DNA of 64,000 nucleotides from Eledone cirrhosa (Eukaryota). Within the stretch, counting starts at the first letter, position 1, and each line of letters starts with the position of its first letter. The notes below the pieces were generated by a model, which saw nothing but the letters and a program-made list of their open reading frames with translations, was not told where the DNA came from and ran no database searches. The DNA lies in contig OZ024743.1 of assembly GCA_964016885.1 (NCBI GenBank), forward strand, positions 8,742,001-8,806,000, in the 5' to 3' direction. Position numbers and translations under genes: made by a program. Shown piece by piece: positions 38,552-52,180 of this stretch.

Positions 38552-40800
38552 TCATCATCATCATCATCATCAACGTTTAACGTCCGTGTTCCACGCTTGC
38601 ATGGGTTTGGACGGGGGTAGTCCCACTTGAGGCAAGAGTGATTGTCTTGCTCGCATAGGACTGTCTGGCAGGTTTTCTACAGTTGGATGCCCTTCCTAAC
38701 ACCAACCACATTTACAGTGTGGGTCTGGGAGGTTTTTACCGTGTTGCCTACAAGGCCACATTACAGCGTGGACTGTGTGTTTTTTTGTCGTGACACCTAC
38801 ACGATCTCATTTGTTTCGGCCTGGATGGCGCGGCACCAACATAACTTTACATAGGACGGGTGGTGTGGATGGGTGGGGGTGGTGGCGGGACGGGGTGTAT
38901 TTTGTTAGAGATGCCTACTGGCAAGGCGGGTTTTCTCTGTTACTGAGTACCGCCAAAGGCCTCGGTCCAGTGACATTGTCTTGGAGAGGTGTAAGTGTGT
39001 GAGGTCGGAGTTTATCAGCTCGTCCCAGGTTTTTCTAGGTCTGCCTATTCCGTGGCTACCGTCTATCTTTATTGCCCTGCACTTTGTTATACAGCTATCG
39101 TCTTTCATGCGCATCACGTGTCCATACCAACGTAGCCTTCTCTCGAGTAAACAACATCTGATCCCTCTTATCTCTAATTTTTTCCTTAGTTCGTTTATGC
39201 TTTGTCGTTCACGTATATTACTGTTACACATCCAGCGGAGCATGCAAGCTTCGTTCCTCTCTAGTCTGCGTATATCCTCTGCACACAATGCCCAGGTCTC
39301 ACTGCCATGCAACATTGCTGTTCGTATGCAGGCATCGTACAACCTGCCTTTCATTTTTAGTGAGAACCCTTTAGCAGCTAATAGTGGTATAAGTTCTCTG
39401 AACTTTTTCCAACCAGTTCTGACTCTAGCTACAGTACTTTCAGAGCACCCTCCCCCACTGCTGATTTTATCGCCCAGGTAACGGAAGCTGTCCACTATTT
39501 CTATAGAACCCTCTGCGCAATTGAAAGAGCTAGTATTTTGTGGGCACTTGCTGCTACTTATTGCACCAGAACACCGGCCACATGTAAAATCTATGTTCTT
39601 AGTTAGCTTACCTGTGATCCCACTACATCTTTTATGCACCCATACTTTGCATTTAGGACATAAAATGGAGTTTCTACCTACGCCTTTCCTACACACCGAG
39701 CACGACCATTTCCCAGAAGGGACCGCCGCCTTGTTTTCTTTCCTACAAACTAGAACTTTGGTCTTAGCCAGGTTAATTTTAAGTCCTTTTGACTCTAGGC
39801 CGTGCTTCCATGTTTGGAATTTCTTCTCTAGCTCGGCCATTGATTCCGCTATGAGTGTCAGGTCGTCTGCGTATAGGAGTTCCCATGGGCAGCCTGTCTT
39901 GAACTCCTCTGTTATAGCCTGAAGGGCAATAATAAATAGTAGTGGGCTGAGAACAGAGCCCTGATGGACGCCAACTTTTACGCTAAACTCTTCACTACAT
40001 TCGTTGTTAATTCTAACCTTGCTGACTGTTTCTTTATACATGGCTTGTATAGCCCTCACAAGCCATTCGTCAACGCCTAGTTTTCTAAGAGCCCACCAGA
40101 TAATGGAGCGGGGGACTCTGTCGAAGGCTTTCTCCAAGTCGACAAAAGCTAAGTAGAGGGGTTTACCTTTAGCTAGGTACTTCTCCTGTAGTTGTCGTAC
40201 TATGAAAAGAGCGTCTGTGGTACTTTTGCCTGACACAAACCCGAACTGCATTTCATCTAGGTCAATTCTCTCTCTGATTAGTTGCGCTATTACTTTTTCC
40301 GTGACCTTCATGACCTGGTCGATTAATTTAATGCCTCTATAGTTACTCCTATCTAGGGCGTCTCCTTTACCCTTATAACAGTTAACGATGATGCTGCTAT
40401 GCCAGTCCTTCGGAACAACCCCATTCTGTACGACTTGGTTAACTATGCGGGTGACCATGGTGTGTCCCACCGTGCCAGATGCCTTCAGCATCTCAGCAAC
40501 TATTTCCGAAGGCCCAGACGCCTTACCCGTCTTCATATCCTTGATTGCCTTACTTATTATACTCCCCTCGACTAACACTGCTGGTCCCTCTATTGGGTCG
40601 ATATGGGGGAGACTGTCTTTCTCCCATTTATTCTCCTCATTTAGTAGCCTTTCATAGTGACACTTCCAAGCTACCTTCTTATCAGCGTCGGTGATGGCAA
40701 GTGTGCCATCGTCGTTTAGTACACACTTCTCCCCGACAATATCACGGTTTTCCTTGACGCATTGCCTAGCAATCCTGAACACCTCACGTTTCTGGTCATC
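38552..40800 (-). mobile_element. RTE LINE copy with uninterrupted RT-PHD-C-terminal ORF (young)
   Basis: ORF 38905..40989; genuine part starts at DDQKREV (~40800), upstream is microsatellite. Confidence 0.95.
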
Positions 40801-40816
40801 ATATACATATATATAC

Positions 40817-40847
<31 letters not shown>

Positions 40848-40876
40848 GATATATATATATATATACATATATATAC

Positions 40877-40927
<51 letters not shown>

Positions 40928-40967
40928 CATATATATATATGTATATATATATATACATATATATATA

Positions 40968-41635
40968 TCATCATCATCATCATCATCATCAGGTTTAGCG
41001 TCCGTGTTCCACGCTTGCATGGGTTTGGACGGGGGTTTTCCCACTTGAGGCAAGAGTGGTTGTCTTGCTCGCATAGGACTGTCTGGAGGGTTTTCTACAG
41101 TTGGATGCCCTTCCTAACACCAACCACATTTACAGTGTGGGGCTGGGAGGTTTTTACCGTGTTGCCTACACGGCCACATTACAGCGTGGACTGTCTGGCG
41201 GGTTTTCTACAGCTGGATGCCCTTCCTAACACCAACCACATTTACAGTGTGGGGCTGGGAGGTTTTTACCGTGTTGCCTACACGGCCACATTTACAGCGT
41301 GGACTGTGTGTTTTTTGTCGTGACACCTACACGATCTCATTTGTTTCAGCCTGGATGTTGTGGGACCAACATAACTGTACATTGAAAGGGGCGGTGTGGA
41401 TGGGGTGGAGGTGGTGGGACGGGGGGGTGTTTTGATAGAGATGCCTACTGACTGTAGTAGGTTTTTACTTTGTATTTAGGTAAGGCGGGTCTTCTCTATT
41501 ACTGAGTACCGCCAAAGGTCTCGGTCCAGTGACATTGTCTTGGAGAGGTGTAAGCGTGTGAGGTCGGAATTTATCAGCTCGTCCCATGTTTTTCTGGGTC
41601 TGCCTACTCCGTGGCTACCGTCTATCTTTATTGCA
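40968..41635 (-). mobile_element. RTE 3' end with internally duplicated UTR
   Basis: [17 protein letters not shown]; UTR segment repeated from ggactgt junctions. Confidence 0.88.
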
Positions 41636-41701
41636 TATATATACATATCTTTATTGTATATATATACATATATATATATACATATATATATATACATATA
41701 T

Positions 41702-43100
41702 GTACGTGGACGATATCCTCATCCTCACATCTTCCCAAGACACGGCGAACAGAATCTATGAGATGTTCAACAACACGGACGAGAACATTGACTTCAGTGT
41801 TGAACACCCCAATGAAGACGGATCACTTGCCCTGCTTGACTTCCGAATCAACATCACGGAACAGGGAAGGATCCACTGCAACTTCTACCGAAAGGCAGCC
41901 TGCATGGACCTGTTCATTCACTACAAGTCCGCCTTCCCTAACAGTGCCAAAAGAGGATACATCACGAACGAGATCACGCGAATCAAAAACAGATGCAGCG
42001 ATCCCGCGAGTGGTGTCACTCATACCAAGCGATTCATTGAGGTGCTGGAGACGAACGGGTACCCTACCTCGCTCACAGACAGAATAGGAGACACCAGACA
42101 CAAGAGACAGAGAGGCACCCAAGGCAAGTGCTTCCTTAAAATGACACACCTGGGCGAGAATACCACCAACGCTATCCGCAAGGCTATACGGAGGGAAGGC
42201 CTCGACATCCACCTGGCCCACTCGGGCCCCTCCCTGCGAAGATGCCTCTCCAGGAAACCCGGGAAATCTACTGATGTATGCTCCCTCAGAGATTTCCTGA
42301 TACGCCATGCGAACTGTTGCCTACGCACATACGTCGTGTATAAGATAGAATGTGACAGGTGCAACCAATACTACATAGGTAGCACAATCCGACCTTTGCA
42401 CATCCGGATCAAGGAACACACTAAAACCAGGGCCTCGTCTTTCCGGAAACACATAGACAAACGTGGAAACAAAGACGGAAGGCCCATTGTGACAATTCTA
42501 GTGACTGAAAGAAACGTCGGCACGTTTCGTATCAAGGAAGCGCTTTTTATCAAACGCCTGCAACCGCAAATAAACAATCGATCCGAGAGAAGCGAAATGA
42601 GATGGCTGGTTTAAGTTAACAAACGATGCAGCAACACATGCACACACACACACACAAACGAGACAACTACACACAGACACACACAGTAGCATTCCACCAT
42701 ACGAACATACTACACTGCCAATACAGAGGAACAAGGCAACAACACACGTACACACACACACATTCAAGCGAGACAACAACACACGCACACACACACAGTA
42801 ACATTTAACAAACAAGCAGCGCCACCCCACTCCCTCATTCGGCCGCTGACCTCTGCCCGACCAACCCCATTTCACGCGCACGCGCGCTCTGCTGCATACC
42901 TCAGATATTCAAAACAACAAACAGCGGAGGACGCGTTTCGCACCTTTCCGACAGACAACCTTTCCCCCACCCCAGAAAAAAACCCCAGCTGATGGATGTG
43001 AATCCGAAATATATAGGGACAATTAAATCTCTTCCAAGGTAACTCTCTCTCGTGTTGTTATTTTAATTTTATCCTTTATACTCTTTCCTTCATTCTTCTA
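41702..43100 (+). mobile_element. Penelope-like element, 5'-truncated: RT C-terminus, GIY-YIG endonuclease, 3' region
   Basis: YVDD, LALLDFRI, FYRKA..DLFIHYKS, NGYP, VVYKIECDRCNQYYIGSTIRPLHIRIKEH, IKEALFI..LQPQIN; stop at 42614; 3' boundary approximate. Confidence 0.92.
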
Positions 43101-43608
43101 CACATCTTATACACACCACGCATCTCAACATACACCCACTTACATCTCTCTCTCCACCACCGGATCTTGTTACCCGGAGATTTACCCATTTGCATTGTCG
43201 AGGATTCCAAACGACCTGAAGATATTTACTTATTATTCACAATGCTTCAAGCAAACTTCAATACTCTCTTATATATATATGGGTGTGGATGCATTCATGT
43301 ATATGTGTGTGTCCGCATGTATCTGTGTGTTTCTAAATATATTGTTAATAACTCCCTCTGGTTGAGTAATCTTTGAAGTGTGGTGGCTGCTGGAAAGCTG
43401 CCATTACTCATACTTCTCGCCTCCTTCACCACCTCTTCTACGGCTTCGACATAAATACCCCCTCTGCCTCTGTGGTATTTTCTTCGGGGTTATAAGAGGC
43501 TTAGCTCTGTTTCTCGACCGTTATATCGCGTGACTATCTCCCCCTCCGCCTTTTGGGATTCTTTCTCACGTCGTGTAGACGCGTTCTTGAGACTAGTAAA
43601 ATGAGGTA

Positions 43609-43698
43609 TCCTCTTGATAAGTCGGCAGACCTCGCAGGGACTCTATATCTTTATGATGTATTGTTTTTGTTTATGCCACGAAACTACGTAGTCGAGGA
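43609..43698 (+). ncRNA. Type I hammerhead ribozyme with U3-A8 covariation
   Basis: UCCUC-UUGAUAA-GU(C)GGCA[...]UGCCAC-GAAAC-UACGUA-GUC-GAGGA; palindromic stem III ACUACGUAGU. Confidence 0.85.
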
Positions 43699-43804
43699 AT
43701 CTAGGAGCATTTTAGGTATGATACATTTTATTACTAATTATATCTAAATGTTTCTTCTCTCTTCATATATACATATATATATATATACATATATTTATAT
43801 ATAC

Positions 43805-43859
<55 letters not shown>

Positions 43860-43883
43860 CATATATATATATACATATATATA

Positions 43884-45403
43884 TTTGACAGAGTTCCACG
43901 TGCAGTAATCTGGTGGGCTCTTAGAAAACTAGGAGTAGATGAATGGCTTGTGAAAGCGGTACAAGCCATGTATAGGGGAGCAGTCAGCAAAGTTAGGATT
44001 GGCAATGAGTATAGCGAGGAATTTAGCGTACAGGTTGGGGTCCACCAGGGCTCTGTTCTTAGCCCTCTCCTGTTCATCATAGTCCTGCAGGCAATAACGG
44101 AGGAGTTTAAGACCGGATGCCCATGGGAACTCCTGTATGCTGATGACCTCGCACTCATAGCTGAATCTATGGTAGAACTAGAGAATAAATTCCAAACCTG
44201 GAAGCAGGGACTAGAGAGAAAGGGCCTCAAAGTCAACATGACAAAGACTAAGGTCCTTATAAGTAGACGAGAAAACAGAACCCGGATCCCCTCAGGGAAA
44301 TGGCCTTGCTCAGTATGTAGGAAAGGTGTAGGTAGGAACTCCATTCTTTGCCCCAAATGCAAACAATGGGTACACAAGAGATGTAGCGGGATCTCAGGAA
44401 GCTTAATTAAGAATGTAGGATTCACATGCAGCAGCTGTGCTGAAACAGCAAGCAAACAGCCACAGGAAACAAGTACCACCAATCTCTGGGAGGGCCCTGT
44501 AGAAACAGTAGACAGCTTCTGCTACCTAGGTGACCGAATTAGCAACGGAGGTGGGTGCTCAGAAAGTACAATAACTAGGGTAAGAACGGGATGGAAGAAG
44601 TTTAGGGAACTACTACCACTGCTAGCTGCAAAAGGCTTCTCCCTCAGAATGAAAGGCAGACTGTATGATGCGTGTATCCGAACAGCGATGTTGCATGGTA
44701 GTGAGACCTGGGCGCTGAAGGTGGAAGACTTACGTAGATTAGAGAGAAACGAAGCCTGCATGCTCCGATGGATGTGTAACAGTAATATACGTGAACGACA
44801 AAGCATAAATGAATTGAGAGAGAGACTGAGCATAAGAGGAATCAAATGCTGCGTGCAGGAGAGGCGGTTACGCTGGTATGGACATGTGATGCGTATGAAG
44901 GATGACAGCTGCATAAAAAGGTGCAGAGCACTAGAAGTTGATGGAAACCGCGGAGTGGGGAGACCCAAGATGACTTGGGATGAGGTGATAAAAGCCGACC
45001 TTACCCAACTACACCTCTCAAAGTCAATGACACACGACCGTGACTTCTGGCGTCACGCAGTAATACAGGGTACCCGACCTCCCATGGGTACATGCTGAAG
45101 CATATAAACAATATGCCCCCCCCCACACCCACCGCAAGGTGGTCGTGGAGGCGCCACGGCAAAAAAGCACCCAGCCCACACTGTAAAGTGGACGTGTAGG
45201 CGCCACGAAAAAGCACCCAGCACTCACTGTAAATGAGGTTGGTGTTAGGAAGGGCATCCAGCTGTAGAAATCAAGCCAGATCAGTTCCTGTATGAGCAAG
45301 GCATGGTCAGCCGACCAGACACTGCCCACAACAGGACAATCCGTCTAACCCATGCTAGCGTGGAAGAACGGACGTAAAACGGTGATGATGATGATGATGA
45401 TGA
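43884..45403 (+). mobile_element. RTE LINE copy, divergent PHD-bearing subfamily
   Basis: ORF 43950..45098 open; UTR; (GAT)n tail facing the next copy. Confidence 0.93.
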
Positions 45404-45452
45404 TATATACATATATATATATATACATATATATATACATATATATATATAC

Positions 45453-45515
<63 letters not shown>

Positions 45516-45600
45516 CATATATATATACATTATACATATATATATATATATACATATATCTATATACATATATATATATATATATATATACATATATATA

Positions 45601-48165
45601 TCATCATCATCATCATCAACGTTTACGTCCGTGTTCCACGCTTGCATGGGTTTGGACGGGGGTAGTCCCACTTGAGGCAAGAGTGATTGTCTTGCTCGCA
45701 TAGGACTGTCTGGCAGGTTTTCTACAGTTGGATACCCTTCCTAACACCAACCACATTTACAGTGTGGGTCTGGGAGGTTTTTACCGTGTTGCCTACACGG
45801 CCACATTACAGCGTGGACTGTGTGTTTTTTTGTCGTGACACCTACACGATCTCATTTGTTTCGGCCTGGATGGCGCGGCACCAACATAACTTTACATAGA
45901 ACGGGGTGGTGTGGATGGGGTGGGGGTGGTGGCGGGACGGGGTGTATTTTGTTAGAGATGCCTACTGGCAAGGCGGGTCTTCTCTGTTACTGAGTACCGC
46001 CAAAGGTCTCGGTCCAGTGACATTGTCTTGGAGAGGTGTAAGCGTGTGAGGTCGGAGTTTATCAGCTCATCCCATGTTTTTCTAGGTCTGCCTATTCCGT
46101 GGCTACCATCTATCTTTATTGCCCTGCACTTTGTTATACAGCTATCGACTTTCATGCACATCACGTGTCCATACCAACGCAGCCTTCTTTCGAGTAAACA
46201 ACATCTGATCCCTCTTATCTCTAATTTTTTCCTTAGTTCGTTTATGCTTTGCCGTTCACGTATATTACTGTTACACATCCCGTGGAGCATGCAAGCTTCG
46301 TTCCTCTCTAGTCTGCGTATATCCTCTGCACACAATGCCCAGGTCTCACTACCATGCAACATTGCTGTTCGTATGCAGGCATCGTACAACCTGCCTTTCA
46401 TTTTTAGTGAGAACCATTTAGCAGCTAATAGTGGTATAAGTTCTCTGAACTTTTTCCAACCAGTTCTGACTCTAGCTACAGTACTTTCAGAGCACCCTCC
46501 CCCACTGCTGATTTTATCGCCCAGGTAACGGAAGCTGTCCACTATTTCTATAGAACCCTCTGCGCAATTGAAAGAGCTAGTATTTTGTGGGCACTTGCTG
46601 CTACTTATTGCACCAGAACACCGGCCACATGTAAAATCTATGTTCTTAGTTAGCTTACCTGTGATCCCACTACATCTTTTATGCACCCATACTTTGCATT
46701 TAGGACATAAAATGGAGTTTCTACCTACGCCTTTCCTACACACCGAGCACGACCATTTCCCAGAAGGGACCGCCGCCTTGTTTTCTTTCCTACAAACTAG
46801 AACTTTAGTCTTAGCCAGGTTAATTTTGAGGCCTTTTGATTCTAGGCCGTGCTTCCATGTTTGGAATTTCTTCTCTAGCTCGGCCATTGATTCCGCTATG
46901 AGTGTCAGGTCGTCTGCGTATAGGAGTTCCCATGGGCAGCCTGTCTTGAACTCCTCTGTTATAGCCTGAAGGGCAATAATAAATAGTAGTGGGCTGAGAA
47001 CAGAGCCCTGATGGACGCCAACTTTTACGCTAAACTCTTCACTATATTCGTTGTTAATTCTAACCTTGCTGACTGTTTCTTTATACATGGCTTGTATAGC
47101 CCTCACAAGCCATTCGTCAACGCCTAGTTTTCTAAGAGCCCACCAGATAATGGAGCGGGGGACTCTGTCGAAGGCTTTCTCCAAGTCGACAAAAGCTAAG
47201 TAGAGGGGTTTACCTTTAGCTAGGTACTTCTCCTGTAGTTGTCGTACTATGAAAAGAGCGTCTGTGGTACTTTTGCCTGACACAAACCCGAACTGCATTT
47301 CATCTAGGTCAATTCTCTCTCTGATTAGTTGCGCTATTACTTTTTCCGTGACCTTCATGACCTGGTCGATTAATTTAATGCCTCTATAGTTACTCCTATC
47401 TAGGGCGTCTCCTTTACCCTTATAACAGTTAACGATGATGCTGCTATGCCAGTCCTTCGGAACAACCCCATTCTGTACGACTTGGTTAACTATGCGGGTG
47501 ACCATGGTGTGTCCCACCGTGCCAGATGCCTTCAGCATCTCAGCAACTATTTCCGAAGGCCCAGCCGCCTTACCCGTCTTCATATCCTTGATTGCCTTAC
47601 TTATTATACTCCCCTCGACTAACACTGCTGGTCCCTCTATCGGGTCGATATGGGGGAGACTGTCTTTCTCCCATTTATTCTCCTCATTTAGTAGCCTTTC
47701 ATAGTGACACTTCCAAGCTACCTTCTTATCAGTGTCGGTGATGGCAAGTATGCCATCATCGTTAAGTACACACTTCTCCCCGACAATATCACGGTTTTCC
47801 TTGACGCATTGCCTGGCAATCCTGAACACCTCACGTTTTTGGTCATCGCGTTGTAGAACATGCTTGAACTTTCTTTCCTCAGCTTCCCTTCTTGCTAAGT
47901 ACACTTCTCTCCTAGCTTCCCTCCTGGCCACTTGATAGTCTACTCTACTTCCCCCATCCCGCCATACTTTCCAAGCCTGCTTTTTGGCCTTAATTGACCC
48001 CTCCACCCTACTGTTCCACCACCATGTTACTCTCCTCCTGCCTACAGGCCTGCTCCAGCCACAGACTTCGTCTGTCGCCAACAGCAGGTTTGCTTTCAGA
48101 AATTCCCACTGTCCCTCTATATTGTCCGATTCTAGATGCTCTTCCTTACTGTCGAAAGCATCAAG
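45601..48165 (-). mobile_element. Longest RTE LINE copy (linker, RT, PHD, C-terminus; APE missing)
   Basis: ORF 45952..48378 from about LLDAFDSKEE; TWWWN linker, complete RT. Confidence 0.95.
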
Positions 48166-48700
48166 TAATGTGAGAGTGGTGAGGTTAGGAATGAAGGAAC
48201 AGGTGTTATAGCTGGGATGAAAACAAGGATGAGACCCAGTTGAAGTCCTAGACGAGCAAGGGAAGGAACTAGGTACCAGGAGGTCACAGAAATTATGGGC
48301 GTGCTTAAAGTCAGTGATAGGTGGGTTTGGAAAAAAGCGAGAAGTGACTGAGTCAGAAGAGAGAGAGAGCGGACGCAAAAGAGGATAAGTTGCTGGAGAG
48401 GTAGGGTGTGGGGGAAAGGTAGGTGAGTGTTGGGAGGCTGGTGGTGGGATGCGATATGGTCAGTTTCATGGGCATAGGTGAGAGCATCTTGGGTTGGGGG
48501 ATATCCATGCTGGATGAAGCGGGAGGTCATGTGAAGAGACTGAGTCTCGAAATCGTGGTCCTGGCTACAGAGCAAACAAAGATGGAGGAATTAGGAGTAG
48601 GGTATGGAGAGTTTGGTATGGGTGAGATGGAAGGAGGGGAAGTCGAGGTAGGAATGGGAATCAGTGAGCTTATAGAAGATGGAGGTAGAGAGTGTGGTCA
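48166..48700 (-). mobile_element. Penelope-like relic (RT thumb and linker region)
   Basis: TSIFYKLTDSHSYLDFPSFH..KLSIPYS*FLHLCLLCSQD, RFIQHGYP, FPNPPITDFKHAHNFCDLLV. Confidence 0.8.
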
Positions 48701-49504
48701 ATAGACAGAGATATATACACACATATGACAGACTTCTTGCACAGATTCACTTTAACAAATTCCACTCACAAGTTATTAATTAACATAAGGCCATGGTAGA
48801 AGACATGCCCAAGATGCCCCACATTGAGTTTGAACTCAGAACCATGTGGTTGTGAGTAAACCATTTAACCACACAACTATACTGTTATGTTGTTTGGAAA
48901 CGCTTGAAAACCAAACTTTCATTTTTCTTCTTCCTTAATTTACGACTAAATAAAATAAACAAAATCATTTTTATAAGATGGGAGTGTCACTTAAAGTAGC
49001 AATAGTCTTTTATAAAGTATAGATTTCCTTTAAAATATTTTTTCAGTTATTCTTTCGAATGGCAAATTTTAAAATATTTTATTCTTGTCATAATATAACA
49101 TAATTTTCCATAATAATTGTCATCTAAGCCAATATTATTTTTAAATGTTTCACTTTGTCATAAAAAAAAATTATTTGACTCAGTTTCTTTGACCATTACA
49201 AAGTGCAAATTTTTAATAGTGTCTTGTTGCTAAGAAACAGTGCTCTGTCATAAGAAAAGGTCAACAGGTCAAATTATTCAAGTGGTTGCACATTAAGCAC
49301 TAGTAGTCATTCGTTTGAGAGGAAAACTGATGCCAGAAACATAGCAGTTTTCTTGAGATATTTTAGAATTCTCATGGTATTACTGGAGAATTGATTAGAT
49401 TTGACTATTTCAAATAAAAATAGTATGCAAAAGAAACTGAAAAGACAGTACATATAGGTCCTTGTAATATATATATTATGTATATATATATATATAATAA
49501 AGTG

Positions 49505-49823
49505 TCTCGTGTTGTTTCCTTGAGCAAGACACTTTATTTCACATTGCTCCAGTTTACTCAGCTGTAGAAATAAGATGATAGGACTGGAGTCCCTATCATT
49601 CCACTGCAAAGTGGACGTGTAGGCGCCATAGAAAAAAGCACCCAGCACTCACTGTAAATGAGGTTGGTGTTAGGAAGGGCATCCAGCTGTAGAAATCAAG
49701 CCATAACCAGTTCCCGTATGAGCAAGACAAGGTCAGCCGACCAGACACTGCCCACAACAGGACAACCCGTCTAACCCATGCTAGCGTGGAAGAACGGACG
49801 TAAAACGGTGATGATGATGATGA
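49505..49823 (+). mobile_element. 5'-truncated SINE with RTE-type tail
   Basis: ccttgagcaagacact core; tail nearly identical to 45180-45400. Confidence 0.8.
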
Positions 49824-49860
49824 TATATATATATATATACACACACATATATATATACAC

Positions 49861-49893
<33 letters not shown>

Positions 49894-51894
49894 TAGAGCG
49901 AGAGATAGAGAGAGAGAGATGAGTAAAATCCAGACTGCGACGCCAAGCGCTTTTGGCTTGTGTGTTCACTCTACATCTCCCCATGTATCGAGTATTCACA
50001 TGCAGACTCTATTTATATATATATCAGTCTACATGACAAAAAGCACCCAGTCCACTCTGTAAGGTGGTTGCGTTGGTGACATAACAAAATGCACTCAGTT
50101 CATTCTGTAAGGTGGTTGTTTCTGTACCACAATAAAAAGCACCCAGTCCACAGTACAGTGTGATTAATGTTAGGAAGGGTATCTAGCCATAGAAACCAAG
50201 CCAAAATACTGATCCGTATGAGCATGATGTGGTCTCTGGACTTGACTTGTTTCATAATGTGACCACATGTCTAAACCAAGTAAGCGAGGAAAATGGACAT
50301 TAAACAATGATAATGATGATGATGATGATGATATGTAGCAAGGAACTGTATGAGACCATAGGCTTAAAGCAATATAATCTGAGAAATTTTTAAGTGTTAA
50401 AATGATAAAATAAAGATGGATGAATTGGTAGAGTAAACTAATAATTTATTTTATCTAGTTTCTTTTTATGTCATGACAGGTAAATATTGAATCCAAAATA
50501 TCACGTCATATTCTGGATTCACCCCTCTCATTCCAACCTGCCTGAAACTGTTCCTAGTTTAATGATACAAAACTGTCCATTTCAAAGTATTTTATTTAAC
50601 TTTATCATATCTATTATTAGCTTTCTATTTAGGATAGACACCACAGCTTGAGGTCCACTATCCCATTATTTTCCTTTCGTCCTTCTATTTGTGCTGTTTG
50701 TTTTATCACACACACATATACCAGCAGAAAGATTTATTTTTCTATTGCACGAGACAGCATTTTAAAATGGTACTCTCAATTAAATTATGCGAAACCATTT
50801 TACTGGTTTGAGAGCTGATGAGGGTGAAGATGTGTGTAAGCTTGTCTTGTACATCGCTTTTATTTATTTCCTCTTCCAGTCACTTCTGTGCACAAACACA
50901 CTTCTTGTCTTACTCCTCTTTCAATCTTTTCTATATTTCATCTGCTTGTCACCCACCTTGTGGATGTCTCTCTGTTGACCACGGTCCACTGGTCTCTGAG
51001 GTATTTTTGCTCATCACCATCTTTGACAGCATTTAGCTGTTTTAATGGCTGTTCTAGCGATGAGTTTTCTCATTTTTATATGTATTTTATTTAAATTTGA
51101 ACTTGTTTTCAAAATAACATTCTTAAACACTAGCTTAATAATTGAGAACTTGCTTATTTGATTAAATCCTTTTAAATTTCTGCTTATTCTAAAGATTAAC
51201 TGAAACACATGGACAGTATTTTGTTAGTAGTATCGTACTAGTGATGGGAAGGGCCAAAATAGAGGAAGATATGAATTATAACTATTGATATTTTGAGCAA
51301 GGAATCAAGATAAGGAAAGTTTTTGAGTTATCTCCAGTAGTTGATCTTAAAAAAGATTGATCCCAATTAAAAACATTTGTGACTTCTTATGGATGTTATA
51401 CATTGAAAGGAATTTAAAAAATGATATCATAGCAATATCTTGAAAATACTAGAGTACTGTCTAATATTTTCATAGTAAGTAGGAGAAAGTCATATTCAGA
51501 TGCTTTGATGTAGTAGGCTTAGTAAAATGGAAATATAATGTAAGAGAAAGTTGTTGTTGGTTAGCACTGTCAGAATACATCTGCAGTATAGCAGCAGAAT
51601 GTGTTCTAAGGGCCATTTTCCTTGCTAAAGTAAGGGTTAGTCTTGCATGTTTAATGATACTAATCATGTCGTTATTCTTAGGGCAAAATGCCCTTCTTGG
51701 CACCAACTTTTTAGTTATATTTTATGACATGCAGGGATATGGTGTACTTATTCTCACAATAAAATAGATCTGTTGTGTAGCGAGATAGTAAAATTGAATA
51801 CTTTGAAAATATTCTCAAATGTTCAGTGTCATAAACCTATTTCTTTTATACTAAATGAAAAGCTGTCATTCTAGTAGAATTCAGTCCAAGGAAT

Positions 51895-52180
51895 TTCTTC
51901 TTCTTCACCCACTTAATCCCGGGAAGGTCGTTGGGGTAGAGTCTTCAAACACTCCTTCCAGTGGGTCCTGTCAGAAGCAACCATCTCATCTCCAACTGAT
52001 CCGGCTGGATCCCCAAGCGAGACCAGTCAAGCTCATGGATATTATTCAACCATCTTGCTCAGAGTCTACCCCTGGATCTCTTGGCAGTTGGCTTTGGTCA
52101 TAAAATCTGTCCAGCGATTCTTTCATGAGGCATTCTAAACCACATGCCCATAGTATTGGAGCTGTGATATCTCAATTCGG
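51895..52180 (-). mobile_element. Rex3-like RTE 3' relic, homologous to 33330-33642
   Basis: Reverse-complement similarity; (TTC)n at left end. Confidence 0.6.
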
